A DNA stretch of 64,000 nucleotides. It comes from Narcine bancroftii (Eukaryota). The notes beneath the pieces are model-generated. The model was not told the DNA's origin. It saw only the letters and a list, made by a program, of their open reading frames with translations, and made no database searches. A program made the translations under genes and the position numbers. The first letter of the stretch is position 1. Each line of letters begins with the position of its first letter. The DNA lies in contig NC_091474.1 of assembly GCF_036971445.1 (NCBI RefSeq), positions 77,748,001 to 77,812,000 of the forward strand, given 5' to 3'. Positions 1 through 13,800 of this stretch are shown here, one piece after another.

Positions 1-2651
1 CCTGGTCATGACCGCTGGCGCTGTAACAGCGTTGAACTAACCACTACACCAACTGTGTGCTATCTAATAAAAAGAACATTAAAAAGTGAAGCACAAGTGG
101 ATCATTCACTACCCCCACCCCACTCCCTCCCCCCAAAACCTCCTGTATCCTGACATGTTATTCAAAAGATCATGGCTTATCTTTTACTTCAGTGTTACTT
201 TCCTGCCCTGACTCTAGGTCACTTAATCTATAAAAATCTCCTTCAAGCCAATTTTATTGTCATCTGATTGCACAAGTACAACCCGACGAAACAAAGTTCT
301 CCGGTCCACGGTGCAAAACACGCAGACACGCAATCAGACATTACCCATACACAGACAAGCAATACATATGCAGGACAAGTATTCATCTAAATAAATAAAT
401 ATTGTTTCATGAATATGAGAGTCTTGGAAGGTGAGTGTGAGCAGTTCCTTTGGTCGTTCAACCTTCTCACTGCCCGTGGGAAGAAGCTGTTCCCCAGCCT
501 GGTGGGGCTGGCTCTGATCCTCATATATCTTGTCCTTGATGGGAACAGCTGAAGGATGCTCCATGAGGGGGTGTGAAGGTCCTCAATGATTTTGCATGGC
601 CGCTTCAACTGAAACCTTGCATTAATAGCACTCCTGTAAAGTATCAGAGGACCACAATCCAAAACTGGAGGGAACTGAAATGATGTTACCTTCCCTCTGT
701 CTTGGACACATGTTGAATGGAGTTTTTTTTAATATACATGCCCACTGTTTCAAACTTACCTCACAATGGGCTGTCCTGATGTTGATGGAACAATGGATTT
801 TTTTTTTGCAGAGGTTCTTAATCATTGTCCAATGACTTGGTGACTTGACCAATAATTTAAGGAAACCCATCCATTCTACGTTGAGGTGCAAGGGTGAAGG
901 TGCTCAAGAAATAAGTTGGGAAAGTGAGAATCTTGTACTCAAAGTGTGAAAATTGAATGAGAGATTTTAAATATTCTATATGATGGGAAACAATCAATCC
1001 AGTGGTGAATATCACATCGAACTCAAAGACCTAATTGACACTGTATAAGTGAGTAAAATGGATTATATGACCATAATTAGAAACAAAATGCCTCTGATGT
1101 AAAACAAAATCTTCCAAGGTGTTCCTATGTGAGGATCACTGTGTTCTTTAGTTTTATTGCTGCTTTATTGACATTTCAGCGATAGATTAGTTCAGGAGTG
1201 CTTCAACTAGTGGCCAAATTCTTCTCCTCCCAAGAAATTAGACAAGTATTTATCTGAAATTCAGTATTCTTACAGCGATAAAGTTGAGAATATAGAAACT
1301 TTAAGATCTAAATTCCATTGTTTACTAGTTAGTGTATGTCATCCCAGCAGTAAGGTTTCTGCTAACTGCTGGTAGAAATGGAGCAGAAACCTTACTGTAA
1401 AATGGTGGGTTATGATAAAATGTTTATTATATTGTAATCTGTTGATAAAATGACACCAGTCATAATCATTAGGGAAAATGAATACCATATATGTCAGTGT
1501 ACAAGACGACTGGCGGAGAAGATGACCCACAGAATTTCCATATAAAATGTAGGTTTTGAGCGATCCTCGCTGTATAAGACTACCCCAAGTCTGGCACTTG
1601 CTGCTGAGTGCTTACTTCCACAAAAGTCCTTTACCAACCATCTTACTGACCAGTGGAGTGATGCTGTCACAAAATTTTAAAAGTAAATTATCCAGTAAAG
1701 GTTTAAATTTCAGGAGTATATTTTAAAATAAACCACCGTCAGCTCCTTTAACTGACCATTTGAAGCCTGTACAGAGCTAATGGAGGTCAGGCTGGGTGGA
1801 CGGACCCCGTGGGGGAGTGCTGAGACTTCACTGTACATCAGCTATTGTAAATGGTGGCTGGTGTAGCTTTATTTACTGTGCTGCTATTTTAAGATATGTT
1901 AGACACATTTTATTGTTTTAATAGGACATTACTATTAATCCAGCTTCCCAAATTAAGTTTCAGTTGAAAAAATATTTAGTGGTAGGACCGTCGGAGTTAT
2001 GCGAGTGCTTTATGCTGAGGAGAGCACTCTAAAACACAAGATATTAAGATTCGTTTTTTTCACTTAGTGTATAAGAAACCTGGTTCTGGGCGACATTTTT
2101 AAAGTTCAAATAACATCGTATATGCCAACATATACAGTAATTAAGTTTTTTTTTCATATTAAAAAATAACTCACCACATCCATAGTTGTGATATTAGGTG
2201 CCTTTTGCAAATATGAGATTAATCTGGGGTCAGTCCAGTTTAACCAAGCAACAAATACTTTATCGCAATATGAATGGGTGGAATGAAAGCAAGTGGTATG
2301 ATCTGTTTTTAACAAATTTCAGCTTGGAGATTAGCCATAGATGGGTGTGCTTTTGATCATGTAATGTGATTAAAATTCCATTCTTGCAGTTTAATGACGG
2401 TGTGAATAGTGATGGGGAATGCTTCACATGTAATTGATGTCGATGCAGCTGTTCTGTATGAAATACAGCAGCCATTTTGTGAATAGTAAACTGTCAAAAT
2501 GGGAACTTTGTGCAAATTGGCTGATACACCATAGTTTGGTCCTGCACAGGTCCAAAGTGTTGCTGCAGTCACACTTGTCCGGGCAAGTTGAGAGTATTCA
2601 TGTCTTCCCACAGATGCGGAGAGGGTGGCTGATGATCACATCTTCTCGACT

Positions 2652-2890
2652 TGGGGCGGCACGATTAGCGCAACGCTGTTACAGCACGACGGGACCGGGG
2701 TTTGAATCCCACGCTGTTTGTAAGGACATTTTCCCCAAGTCTGCGTGGGTTTACCCCGGGAGCTCTGGTTTCCACCCACCCTTCAGAATATACGGGGCAT
2801 ATAGGTAAATTTGGCTGTAATTGGGCGAAGTGGGCTCGTGAGTCAAAAGAGCCTGTTAACGTGCTGTATGTCAAAATGGTAATTAAAAAA
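2652..2890 (+). mobile_element. tRNA-derived SINE (V-SINE/HE1-like), representative copy
   Basis: ggggcggcacg..ttagcgcaacgctgttacagc..gggtttgaatccc head, V-domain-like gtctgcgtgggtttaccccggg...ctctggtttcc. Other copies near 8254, 8640(-), 12745, 15760(-), 16985, 30700(-), 35790(-), 57230(-), 58150. Confidence 0.75.
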
Positions 2891-4115
2891 AACAAGCCAG
2901 CAATTGAAGCCATCTCCGACAGCAAGCAGCAAGACCTAGATGACATTCATTCATGGGATGGCAAATAAGATGTCAAGAAATATCAAGCACTGATTCAACA
3001 AAAGACAATCTACCCATCAACCAGCATTGAGTGCTCACCATTGACATTCAGATATTCTACATTGACAGTAACTCAACTGCACAGCCACATAAATACGAGG
3101 GCCAGAAAAGTAGGATAAAACAAGAAATGCTTTAAGAACTCAACCATTCAAGCAGCATCAATGGATTTCGAAACCGGTCAATGTTTCAGAACAGCGATCC
3201 TTATTCAGCCTGTAGCGTTGACGGCTTTTTCTTTGCACAGTTGTTGCTTGAGTAGCTGAATTCTTCCATCATTTCTGGTTTTCTTGCATCTGCAGTTTTA
3301 TTACTTTCCCAGAGGTTCATTAACGTGTATTGGGTGATCCACTTACTTAGATGAGTGTAGTTCCAACCACACTTACAAAGCTTGAATAAACCGGGACAAA
3401 ATGAAGGCATCACAGAGAGTTATGGGTGCCTGGAATATACGGTGGTGGAGGCTGGAACATTTAAGAGTCTCTTAGACAGGCACATAGATGTAAGGAAAAT
3501 AGATGGTTATAGGGTAGGGAGAGGTTTTTTTTTTGTAGGTATATGTGGGTCAGCACAGCATCCTGGGCTGAAGGACCTGTAATGTTCTATGTTCTATCAA
3601 AGAAGTCCACTTGATTGATAACCCAGCACCGGAGATATTCAGTGAAACTCAAAAGTCTGTGATTGCTGTTAAAAAAAAAACAGAAATGCTGGAAGAACTC
3701 AACAGGTCTTGCAGCATCCATAGGAAATAAAGATATACCATAGATGTTTTGGGCCTGCTTTTCACTCACACCTTGCAGAATGGCCCTGGCCCGAAATGTC
3801 GGTTATATATCTTTACCTACTATGGACGCTGCAAGATCTGCTGAGTTCCTCCAGCACTTCAGTGCTTTTACCTAAGATATTCCTCCCCTCTTTGTCTGGC
3901 ACATCGTATTTGGACCATGTATCATCCGCAGTTATTCTGTTAGGCTTCTCTCGTGATACCTCTTGAACCCACAACTTCTATAATTATAAAAGGACAAGAG
4001 CTTCAAGTCAAATTTAAATTATATTTTTTTTAATTTAGATATACAGCACGGTAACAGGCCCTTCTGGCCCACAAGTCCATGCAGCCCAAATACACCAATT
4101 AACCCACAAACCCCC

Positions 4116-4305
4116 TGCACTGAACTGGGATTCACTGGTCGTGTGTTATGATGGCTGGCTCCACCCCATCTGCTCACATAAAACCCTGATTTCCCGCCGA
4201 AACCCAGAACCCTTCCGAAAACTACCGTGAGACCCAACCCTGAGTTATAAGCTAATAAAAGTGTTTGTCCTCCCTCCAGTTGTGAGAGCTTTTATTCATG
4301 CTACC
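4116..4305 (+). mobile_element. Solo-LTR-like insertion interrupting a SINE
   Basis: Splits the two halves of a - strand SINE (about 4020-4115 and 4310-4450); contains TATA-like cataaaa and AATAAA. Confidence 0.4.
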
Positions 4306-4718
4306 CCTGATCGGTGGGAGCAAACTGGAGCACCCGAAGGAAACCCACACATCACAGGGAGAATGTTCAAACTCCTTACAGACAGTACCGCATTGGAACC
4401 CAGGTCTCTGGCACTGTAGTAATATTGGGCTAACCATTATGCTAATCATCCTGCCATAGAAACGAATCTGTTTTCTCTCTGAAGGATATTCAACCTGAAA
4501 CGTTAACTAACTCTGTTTCTCTTTCCACAGATGCTTCTTGACCCAAGCGTTTGCAGCATTTCCTGTATTCACTTGACTGCCCCCTTTCATCTGTTACTAT
4601 TCAAACGGCTCCAAATTGTTTGCAAACGATTGAGGCTGTGAAAAAAAATTCTGTATAAATGCAGCCCTTTGATTTCTAATTTAAATCTTCCACTTTCTCT
4701 CATTTGCACAGAGGCGGA

Positions 4719-4893
4719 ATGGGAGGGAAACTCTCCGTCAGTTCCAACAACCATGTCGTCATAGTTGGTGGGGGCTTTGGAGGGATCGCAGCCGCCAAAC
4801 AATTGTCCAACCACAGGATCCCTTACACACTGATTGACATAAAATACGCCTTCCACCACAACATGGGGGCTCTAAGAGCATCGGTACAGGAAG
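4719..4893 (+). CDS. AIFM2: AIFM2 paralog A coding exon 1 (MGGKLSV...RASVQEG)
   Basis: Acceptor cacag ends 4711, ATG 4719, FAD-binding [10 protein letters not shown], donor G|gtaaat. Confidence 0.95.
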
Positions 4894-7800
4894 GTAAATT
4901 GGAGGAAAATAAGGGGCTCTGCAATCTCTACCTTAATTACAGTAAAACCCCTGGTATCTGGAATCCATATATTAGACTTACCCAGGTTTGTCCAGTCTCT
5001 TCCTGTATCACATATCCTCTAATCCAGACAACATCTTGCTAAATCTCCTCTGTACCCTTTTCAAAGCCTCCACATCCTTTCGGTAATGAGGCCACCAGAA
5101 TTCCACACAACTTTAAGTAAAGCCTAACTCAAGTTTTACATAACTGAAACATGACTTCCTTCTACAGCGCTGCTCCCAATGAAGGCAGACATACCATTTA
5201 TCTTTACCACTTGATGTACTTGTGTGGCCACTTTCAAAGATCTATGGATCATAACTCCCAGATCCCTCTGCAGGTTAATGCTTTCCCCCTACATTTCATT
5301 TCTCAGATTACAACCACTTACACTTGTCCAGATCAAACCCACATGACATTCCTTTGCCCAGATCTGTTACTGTTCCATATCTTGTTATATTGTTTGAACA
5401 GGATTGTTCACACCTCCATCAATCCTTGTATCATCTGCAAAATGATGAACTGTTCAAGTTTTACCATTCACAGCTCTCCAGTGTAATGAATTCCAAAGAT
5501 TCATTAACCTTTGGGTGAAGACATTTCTCCTCATTTCACTCCAAAATGGCCTACCTCTTATTTTCAGACTGCAACCCCTAGTTCTCGATACATCCGCTGG
5601 GAGCAAACACACTCTCCAAATCTATTCTATCAATGTGTTTGTCTGTTTCAGTGATGTCTCCTCATAGTCTACCAAACTTGAGAACGGGAGCTGAGACACT
5701 TGTCTCATAAAGCAGACCTGCTATCCCGGGGACTAGTGCAGAAAAATGATTGCATTCCATTGAGAGCAAGTATGTGTTTCTTTAGGTGAAAAGAGCAAAG
5801 TCCTGTATTCAAAGTGTGGACTCACCAAGGCCCTTTGTATTGTGCTAAGTCTTAAACAATACTCAAACATGGATTATTAAATGAAAAGTAATGTTCACAT
5901 CACATGATGCCAGGCAATGACAATCTCTAAAATAAGTCCAACTACCCATCCATTACATTCATTGACTTTGCTAATCATAAATTGTATTGTTGAAGGAGGA
6001 ACTTTAGAAGTTGTACATCTTGCCTCACTGTACATTATGTTCCTAATATTTTCATACCATCTATGGAGAGGGTGCGGAGGAGATTTACCAGGATGTTCCT
6101 GGATTAGAAAATAGGTCTTCTGAGGCAAGGTTAGAAAGGAGAGATTAATTAATAGACGTCTACAGCATTATGAGAGACACGGATAAGGTAGATAACCAGC
6201 ATCTTTTCCCAGGGTGGGAGTAGCAAACACCAGAGGACATCTGTACAAAGAGAAGGGAGGGAAGTTTAGGGAAGACATCAGGGGAAAGGGTGCCTGGAAT
6301 GCCTTGCCAGGGGCAGAGGTGGAGGCTGGAACAATAGGGGCATTTAAGAGACTCTTAGACAGGCACATGGATGAAAAAAATGGAAGGTTATGAGGTAGAG
6401 AGGGTTTCATTTTTTTTTGATAAGTACATACAAGTTGGCACAACATTGTGGGCCGAAGGGCCTGTTCTATGTTCTATCAACTGTAATGCATATTTTAAAT
6501 TAGGGTTTGCAAAGAAAACATTCATATCGTATGACCTGACTTTCAAAGAGAACTTCAAACAAGGCAAAGTAAGGGATATTGATTTGGAAGACCAAGGTGT
6601 CATTATGGAGAATGGAGAGGTAAAAAAAAAGAATATTTCTTATGATTTAATAAGTTGGATTTTAAGATAGTTCTCAAGTGTTTCAACTCCAACAAATACA
6701 GTGCTTTAATTGTGTTTTAAAGGTCATACATTACTCGCACCTTATTCTGGCAACTGGAAGCACAGGCCCTTTTCCTGGAAAATTAATTGAACCAGTTAGT
6801 AGAGAAACTGCCATCGAGATGTATGAAGATTTAGTAAAGGAGGTAATATTTCAGATTCCAGATTTTAGATTTATTGTCAGTGTACATACATGACATCACA
6901 TCCCTGAGATTCTTTTTCCTGTGGGTGAGGCAGAATTACCACTTATTGGTAGTACATACAAAATAAAACTGATTCCACTTACACATGCAAACAAAGAAAT
7001 AAAAGCAAACTGACTGTGCAACACAGAGAGGAAAAAAAAACCAATAAAGTAAGAGTCCTTAAATGAGTCCCTGAGGTCTGATGGTGGAGGGGTAGTAGCT
7101 GTTCCTGAACCTGGCAATGTAAGCCTTGTGGGACCTATACCTCTTTCCTGATGGTAGCAGCGGGAACAGAGCGTGTGCTAGGCGATGTGGATCCTTGACG
7201 ATTGCTCTCCGAAGGCAGGGCTCCCTGTAGATGTTCTCGATGGTGGGAAGGGTTTTACCCGTGATGTCCTGGGTAGGCCAGCTAGCTTGTCTCACATGCA
7301 GTTTCTATCCATTTTGCTGTCATTCCACAAGAAAGGATGGTCAATATCTATAAGATCATGAATCCCGTTTCTTCTCTAGATTCCTTATACAGGCCAGATT
7401 CTCTGTTCTCACTAAATCTAATGCCATTATCACTAATTAGCTGCCAGTGAAAACTGTAGAAGCAGACACAACAACAGCAGCATTCAAAATAGATTTGGAC
7501 CGGTTTATGGATAAGAGGGGATTAGACTAAGTGGGATTAGACCATATTGGTTGGCATGGACAAGTTGGGGCGAAAGGCTTGTTCTAGCCTCAATGACTCT
7601 GAGGACTCTATCCATTGTTATACCACTCAGACACTTCGAGGACTATTTGCAACTGCCAACCGTCTTTTCCTGCCTGATTATTGGTGGACGTGGTGGTCAC
7701 ATCACTGATGCTCATTGTTACCTGAAGCCTGTCTGACACATTTGAGTCCAGAATTTTGCTTAGGGCCTTAAACTCCAAGCTATTGAGCTCACCTGTGTTT

Positions 7801-10800
7801 AAAGTAAATTGATTTTTTTCCCCCCTCTAACATTCATGTATTTTCATTGCCAAATTCTCCAATAATTTTGCAGAATTAATTTGGTTACGTTTGAGTCAAT
7901 TACTTGAATTTTGCTGAAAGCAGAAGTAATTAATCGGGCCAAGTTTTGATAGAAATCTTTTTTAAGAAATGTATAATAATTGGGGCTCTGATTTAAATGA
8001 CATTGCATGATATATAGAATAAAATGTTCCTTCTTCTAAAGATGCACAAAGCTAACATTTCCTGCTTAATTTGTGCCATCTTGTGGAATTGAAATCCACT
8101 AAAAATATACATTTCTGACTGGTGGGGTGGCAGGTTTAAATTCAACTTATACCAAGGTGATATATTCAAATCACGAATGTGAAATGAACGTCATATATTC
8201 CTGGTGTGTTTGGCTCACGGAGTGGTTTAGTTTCATTTAATCAGGGCAACACAGTTAGCACAATGCTGTTACAGTGCCAGCAACCGGGGTTCGAATCCGG
8301 CGTTGTCCGTGAGGAGTTCTTCCTGTGTCTGCGTGTATTTCCTCTGGGCACTCTGGTTTTCTGCCACCTTTAAAAATGTATGGGGGTTGTAGGTTAATTG
8401 GGCAACATGGGGTCATGAGCCAAAAGGGCCCGTTACCGTGCTGTATGTCGAAAAAAAAAATGTCGAAGCTTCTTCCATTTTCTTGGCCAAATTTTATCAA
8501 AGGAACAGCAGCAGTTTGTTGGTCCCTGAACCGACATCAGTGAAAAAAAAGACGTCATCTATTCTTTATCACATTAATGTTTGTGGGATTTGGCAATGCA
8601 GATTTAAGATTTGGCAATTGAAGATTTAAGATAGAAGCTGTACTGAAATTTTAAATTTAAATTTAGAGAAACAGCACATTAACAGGCCCTGCCAGCCCAC
8701 GATCATCTGCTGCCCAAATACCCCAATTCTCCTACAAATCCCCGAACATTTTGAAAGGTGAGAGGAAAGCAGAGCACTTGGGGGAAACCCATGCAGATAC
8801 GGAGAAAACATACAAACTCCTTACAGATTCGAGCCCAGGTCACTGGCGCTGCAATAGCATTGTGCTAACCGCTATGCAAACCGTGCAGTTATCCACAGAT
8901 CACATTGGGATAACAGAGAACGTGAAAGGTTCTAGCTTAATTCATCCCTTTCTTTTTCTTCTGCCATATAGATTCAGGAAGCTGAAACAATTGTTGTAGT
9001 TGGAGGTGGGCTTGCTGGTGTTGAGTTAGTAGCAGAGATCAAAACTGATTACCCCACCAAAAAGGTAACTTGGTCCCTATAAAGTTTCAGATAAACTTTC
9101 TGTTTTATGTCTGGCTACCCGGTAGCAGTGGCAAGTGCTCATGAATGCCTGGAAATTGATATATTTGCATATCTTAGAGAAGGTGCTACTTTTACCGTTT
9201 CATGAGCCCAGTGATGTTTATATTTCAGATCTATTGCATGGAACCATAGAACATTTCAGCACAGAAATAGACCACTTTGGCCCTTCTAGTCAGTGCTGAA
9301 CCATTTTTTTTTTGCTTACACCCACTGACCTGTACCCTGACCATAGCCCTCCATACCTCTCCCATCCATGAACCTGTCCAAATTCCTCTTAAATGGTACA
9401 ATTGAGTCCACATTCACCGCTTCAGCTGGAAGTTCATTCCGTACTTCCTCCGCTCTCTGTGTTAAAAAAATCACCCTCATGTTCCCCCCAAACTTTTCCC
9501 CTTTTACTCTAAACCCATGACCTCTGGTTTATATCCACCTACCCTCAGTGGAAAAAGCCTATTTACATTTACTCGGTCTATCCCCCTCATAATTTTAAAT
9601 ACCCCTATCAAATCACCCCTCATTCTTCTATGGTCCATGAAATAAAGTGTTAACTTGTTTAACCTTTCCCTGTAACTCAGTTCCTGAAGTCCATGCAACA
9701 TCCTAGTAAATCTCTGCATTCTTCCTATCTTAACTGATTTATTTCCTGTAGTTAAGTGACCAAAACTCCAAATTTGGTCTCAGCCCAAGGTTCAGACCTA
9801 TCCTTCTCCATAATTAATTAAACTGATTCTTTTCTCTTGCTGTTACCTCCATTCTCCAAGTCGACAAATGAAGCCTTAATGAGTTCTGATGGATGATCAT
9901 TATCTTTGTCCACAAATGCTTCCAAGTCTTTCCATCATTTTATGGATTTATCTCAGCCCTCAGTGTCAGTCATACTTAAACCTGATCCATGCTTATGTAA
10001 TGCAGTGGTCACAGGTGACCAATGTTTCCTTCTCATTCCCTGCGTTTCACAAATCTAAGATAGAAGCTTCCTTCTTTAATTCCAAATGAACCAGGAAAAA
10101 TACCTTGGAAAAGAGTTCAGTCATGAAATTATGGATGTCGCGAGACCAGCTGAGTTCTTCCAGCATTTCCGTAATTTTATTACAACCACAGCGACTGCAG
10201 ATTTTCGTGTTTCAGAAAATATATTGGTTTTGAAATCAGAATGCTTCTATTTTTTTTTCAGCCCCTTAATTACTTCACAAAGTGGAACATGATTACAACT
10301 GCTTCCGGCTGAAATGGCTCCACTCTGCCAATTTGACTGAACACATCTGGGCATGATTCGCTCTTGAATAATTTATATGGTTTCCACTTTAGTCATATGG
10401 GAGAGGACATCATTTTCCATTCAATTTTCTTTTTGAAACATTGCAGGTTAATTGGATCTAGTTGGCCTGTGAGTGAGAGAGTTAGACTCTCCATGGACAA
10501 CTCAGTCTTGCACATTGATCTTGATCCTTTGGAGAGGTCTGCACATGACAATACCCAACCCCTGCCCTTTGAATCACCCCTGCCCTTTGAATCACCCCTT
10601 CCCCCCGAGGCAATTATACAAGGCTCACTACTAATGCCAAACCCTACCCCAACATTCTTGGCTCCAACCCTCTGATCTCACTGACTTCCACACCCCCACC
10701 CATATCTCCACCACCACCCAGAAACCTAACCTTAGTTATGAGGAGATATTGGACTTTTGTGACATTCAAAAATATCCACAAGTGAAAAACTTTAAAAAAC

Positions 10801-13800
10801 AAGGAATAAAACATGTGATAATAGCTTCAAGCTAACACTTTTGTGAGAATGCCCTGTACAATCAGGCTCAAGGTTTCAATCAAACAATTTACTGTAAAAT
10901 GATTTTATGCTTCACTCACATTCTACAGATTCCTTACAGTAGTTTTAATCAGTTCATCCTAGCTTTAATATTAAGATTTGCAATCACATCCATTTGGAGT
11001 TGTTCTGTTCTGGTACTGAGTCTCTGGCACCATGTTGTTGAGTTCAAGCGATCACTCAATAAGCCTGATGCAGACAACAGCAACACTGGTGAATTTCAAA
11101 GCTGCCAAATGAAAATATTTTTGGCCTTTTCACAAGCAGTGAACCACTTTGATCTCAGATTACACTCTGCCATATGCTCCACATTACAACTTTACAAGGC
11201 TGGGTTTATTCTGTGCCATGATTAGCCACTGTTTCTTCAGAAGCTGCCTACTGTTTCAGGTGATTAATTCTGTTTTCCATCTGGTTCTCCTCACAATCTC
11301 TTGTAGACGTTAAGGAACAGACCGAGGTCCTGCTGGGGTAGCTTCGTCTTGTCTTGGCAAAATCTAACCTTTAATCTTTTGCAATTACAGAGAGATTTTG
11401 AACTTCGGGTTATTATTAATTATTCAGGTTTAAGTTTTAACCTGAGAGAACTCCACTTCTTCAGCATCCATAAGACTTCTGAGACACGATTCTGATGGCC
11501 AATATGAGGGAAAGGTTATAGCACAAACGAAGCCTTTTGGCCCATCCAGTCTATGGTGGTTTTAACTTACTCTCCTTCCTCTCTCTTCAGCATTGCAATT
11601 ATTCTTTTCTGTTAAAGACTTATCTTGCTCCTTCATGAATGTCACAATTGAATCTGCCTTCCTTGCAGATTCTAGTCACTGTATAGCAAACTTTACCTCA
11701 TTAGAAGATCGAGGAACTTTCCAGAATTTTATTTTGGATTTTAAGAATTGGAAAATGTTATTTCAAGTTCCAACACAATTAAACTGTGAAACTCACCTAG
11801 TTGACTGGTGCCACAGCAACAACCTTGCACTCAGTTTTATCAAAACTAAAGAGTTGATTGTGGAAATCAGGAGAACATGAACTAGTCCTCATCGAGGGGT
11901 CAGCATTGGAGAGGGTTAAGAACTTCAAATGCCTGGGTATACCGTGGAGAGCATTCTGGCTGGTTGGATCACTGAATGGAATGGAAGTGCCAATGCTCAG
12001 GACAAAACTACAGAGAGTTGTGAACTTGGCCAGTGGCGTCATGGTCATCAGTCTTCACTCTATTGAGGACATGTCTTGAGAAAGTAGCCTCTTTCCTCCA
12101 AGTCCCCCATCACCCTCTTCACACTGCTACTGTCAGGAAGGAGGTACAAGAGCCTGAAGACAAACATCCAGAGGGACAAGGACAGCTTCTTCCCCTCCGC
12201 CATCATATTTCTGAATGGACAATGAACCACAGACACTACCTCACTTTCTCTTGCACTCATTTATTTAGTTTTAAATGTAATTTATAGCAAAGCAATATTT
12301 GCACCTGTAATGCTGCCACAAAACAGCGATGTTCATGACAATAAATTCTGATTTTTTTTTCTCTCTCTTTCCAGGTAACACTAATTCATTCCACTTATAT
12401 TCTGGGTGATTCTGAGGTTTTACCCAGTGTTAGGAGAGGAGTGAAAGAAATTCTTGTGAATAAAGGGGCCCACCTTCTGCTAGGTAATAAAATATAAATC
12501 AATGTTACATTGTAGGATTAAAACTGCTATTGATTAGATCAATTAATGTAATGACATTTACATGTACAGTTACAATAGAAATATCTATTCCAATTGTTGA
12601 TTTCATGAAACTATGAAACACTTTTGAGAAACGATGTTATTACTTTTATCTCACATATTTTATCTTATTTATAAAGTTAATTCCTATTTCAAGTTCATCT
12701 TATAAACAGTGAAATATTATCACTATCCTGTGAGAGGAAGGACATGGGGCACCACAGTTGGCATATTGGTTAGCACAACGTCTTTACAGCACCAACCATC
12801 AGGATTGGGTTTGAATCCCGCGCTGTCTGTACACTTTCCCCGTGTCTGTGTGGGTTTTCCTCGGGGGCTCTGATTTCCTCCCACCATTCGAAATGTACCA
12901 TGGGTTGGAGGTCCATTGGGTGTAAATTGGGCACCACGGACTCTTGGGCCGAAATGGCTGCATGTCTAAATATTTAAAATTTTTAATTTAACAATGTAAA
13001 TGGTTTTGAACCTGATTTAATGAAATATAATACATTATATTTTATTCCTTCATTTTTTGGGTGTGTATTTTGAATGTTGGTGAGGAAATGATGCATATTC
13101 AGGCAGGAGAAGAATGCTGTGACTTACTTATGGAGAGGAGGGTGGCAATAAATCTATGTTTAAAGAAATCTATTTTCAATGTTGCCCTGTAACTTATAAA
13201 TCACAACTAATTCTCTGTAACCAAAGCTTATGCTTGTGCATGATCCAATTAGATCTATTGCAAACCCCATTCTATCCACAATGCCTTGAAAATGATGTCC
13301 TTTTATCAGAAGTTTTGCTCCATTTGGGTTTGACTGAACCATGTCACATTCCTCATCCAAGAAGGAGAGGAAAGTGGCTGCCACTGTACATCTCCCAATT
13401 GTTGCTACTTGGTAGTTGATAACAAGAAGGAGATCTCTACCACAAGTTTTCCTTCCCTTCGTTGGGGAAAATACTGGGTTTCACTCTATGTTCATGCAGT
13501 AACATTTTTAAGATTGGAATTCAAATTGACATAAAATTATGCCCATGAACCTGGTTCAAGTCACTCAATGGCACAGAGACACATGCAATCCCAACAATAA
13601 CACTGAACAACTATTTTTTCCAAATGATTTGCTTCCTAAAATAAATGGGGATTATGATGGACAACTTTAAGATTAACACAAATATAAATTCTGATTTGCT
13701 GTATCATGTCGGAGAAACATTAAATTAACTTGTATTGAATTTAGTTTGTTTAATCACAATTTTAATTATGTTGATGCATTGTGTTAGTTCAACTGTCCTA

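Noticed and set aside
2652-2720. tRNA genes
   Set aside because: A/B-box-like heads belong to degenerate SINE copies; no complete cloverleaf
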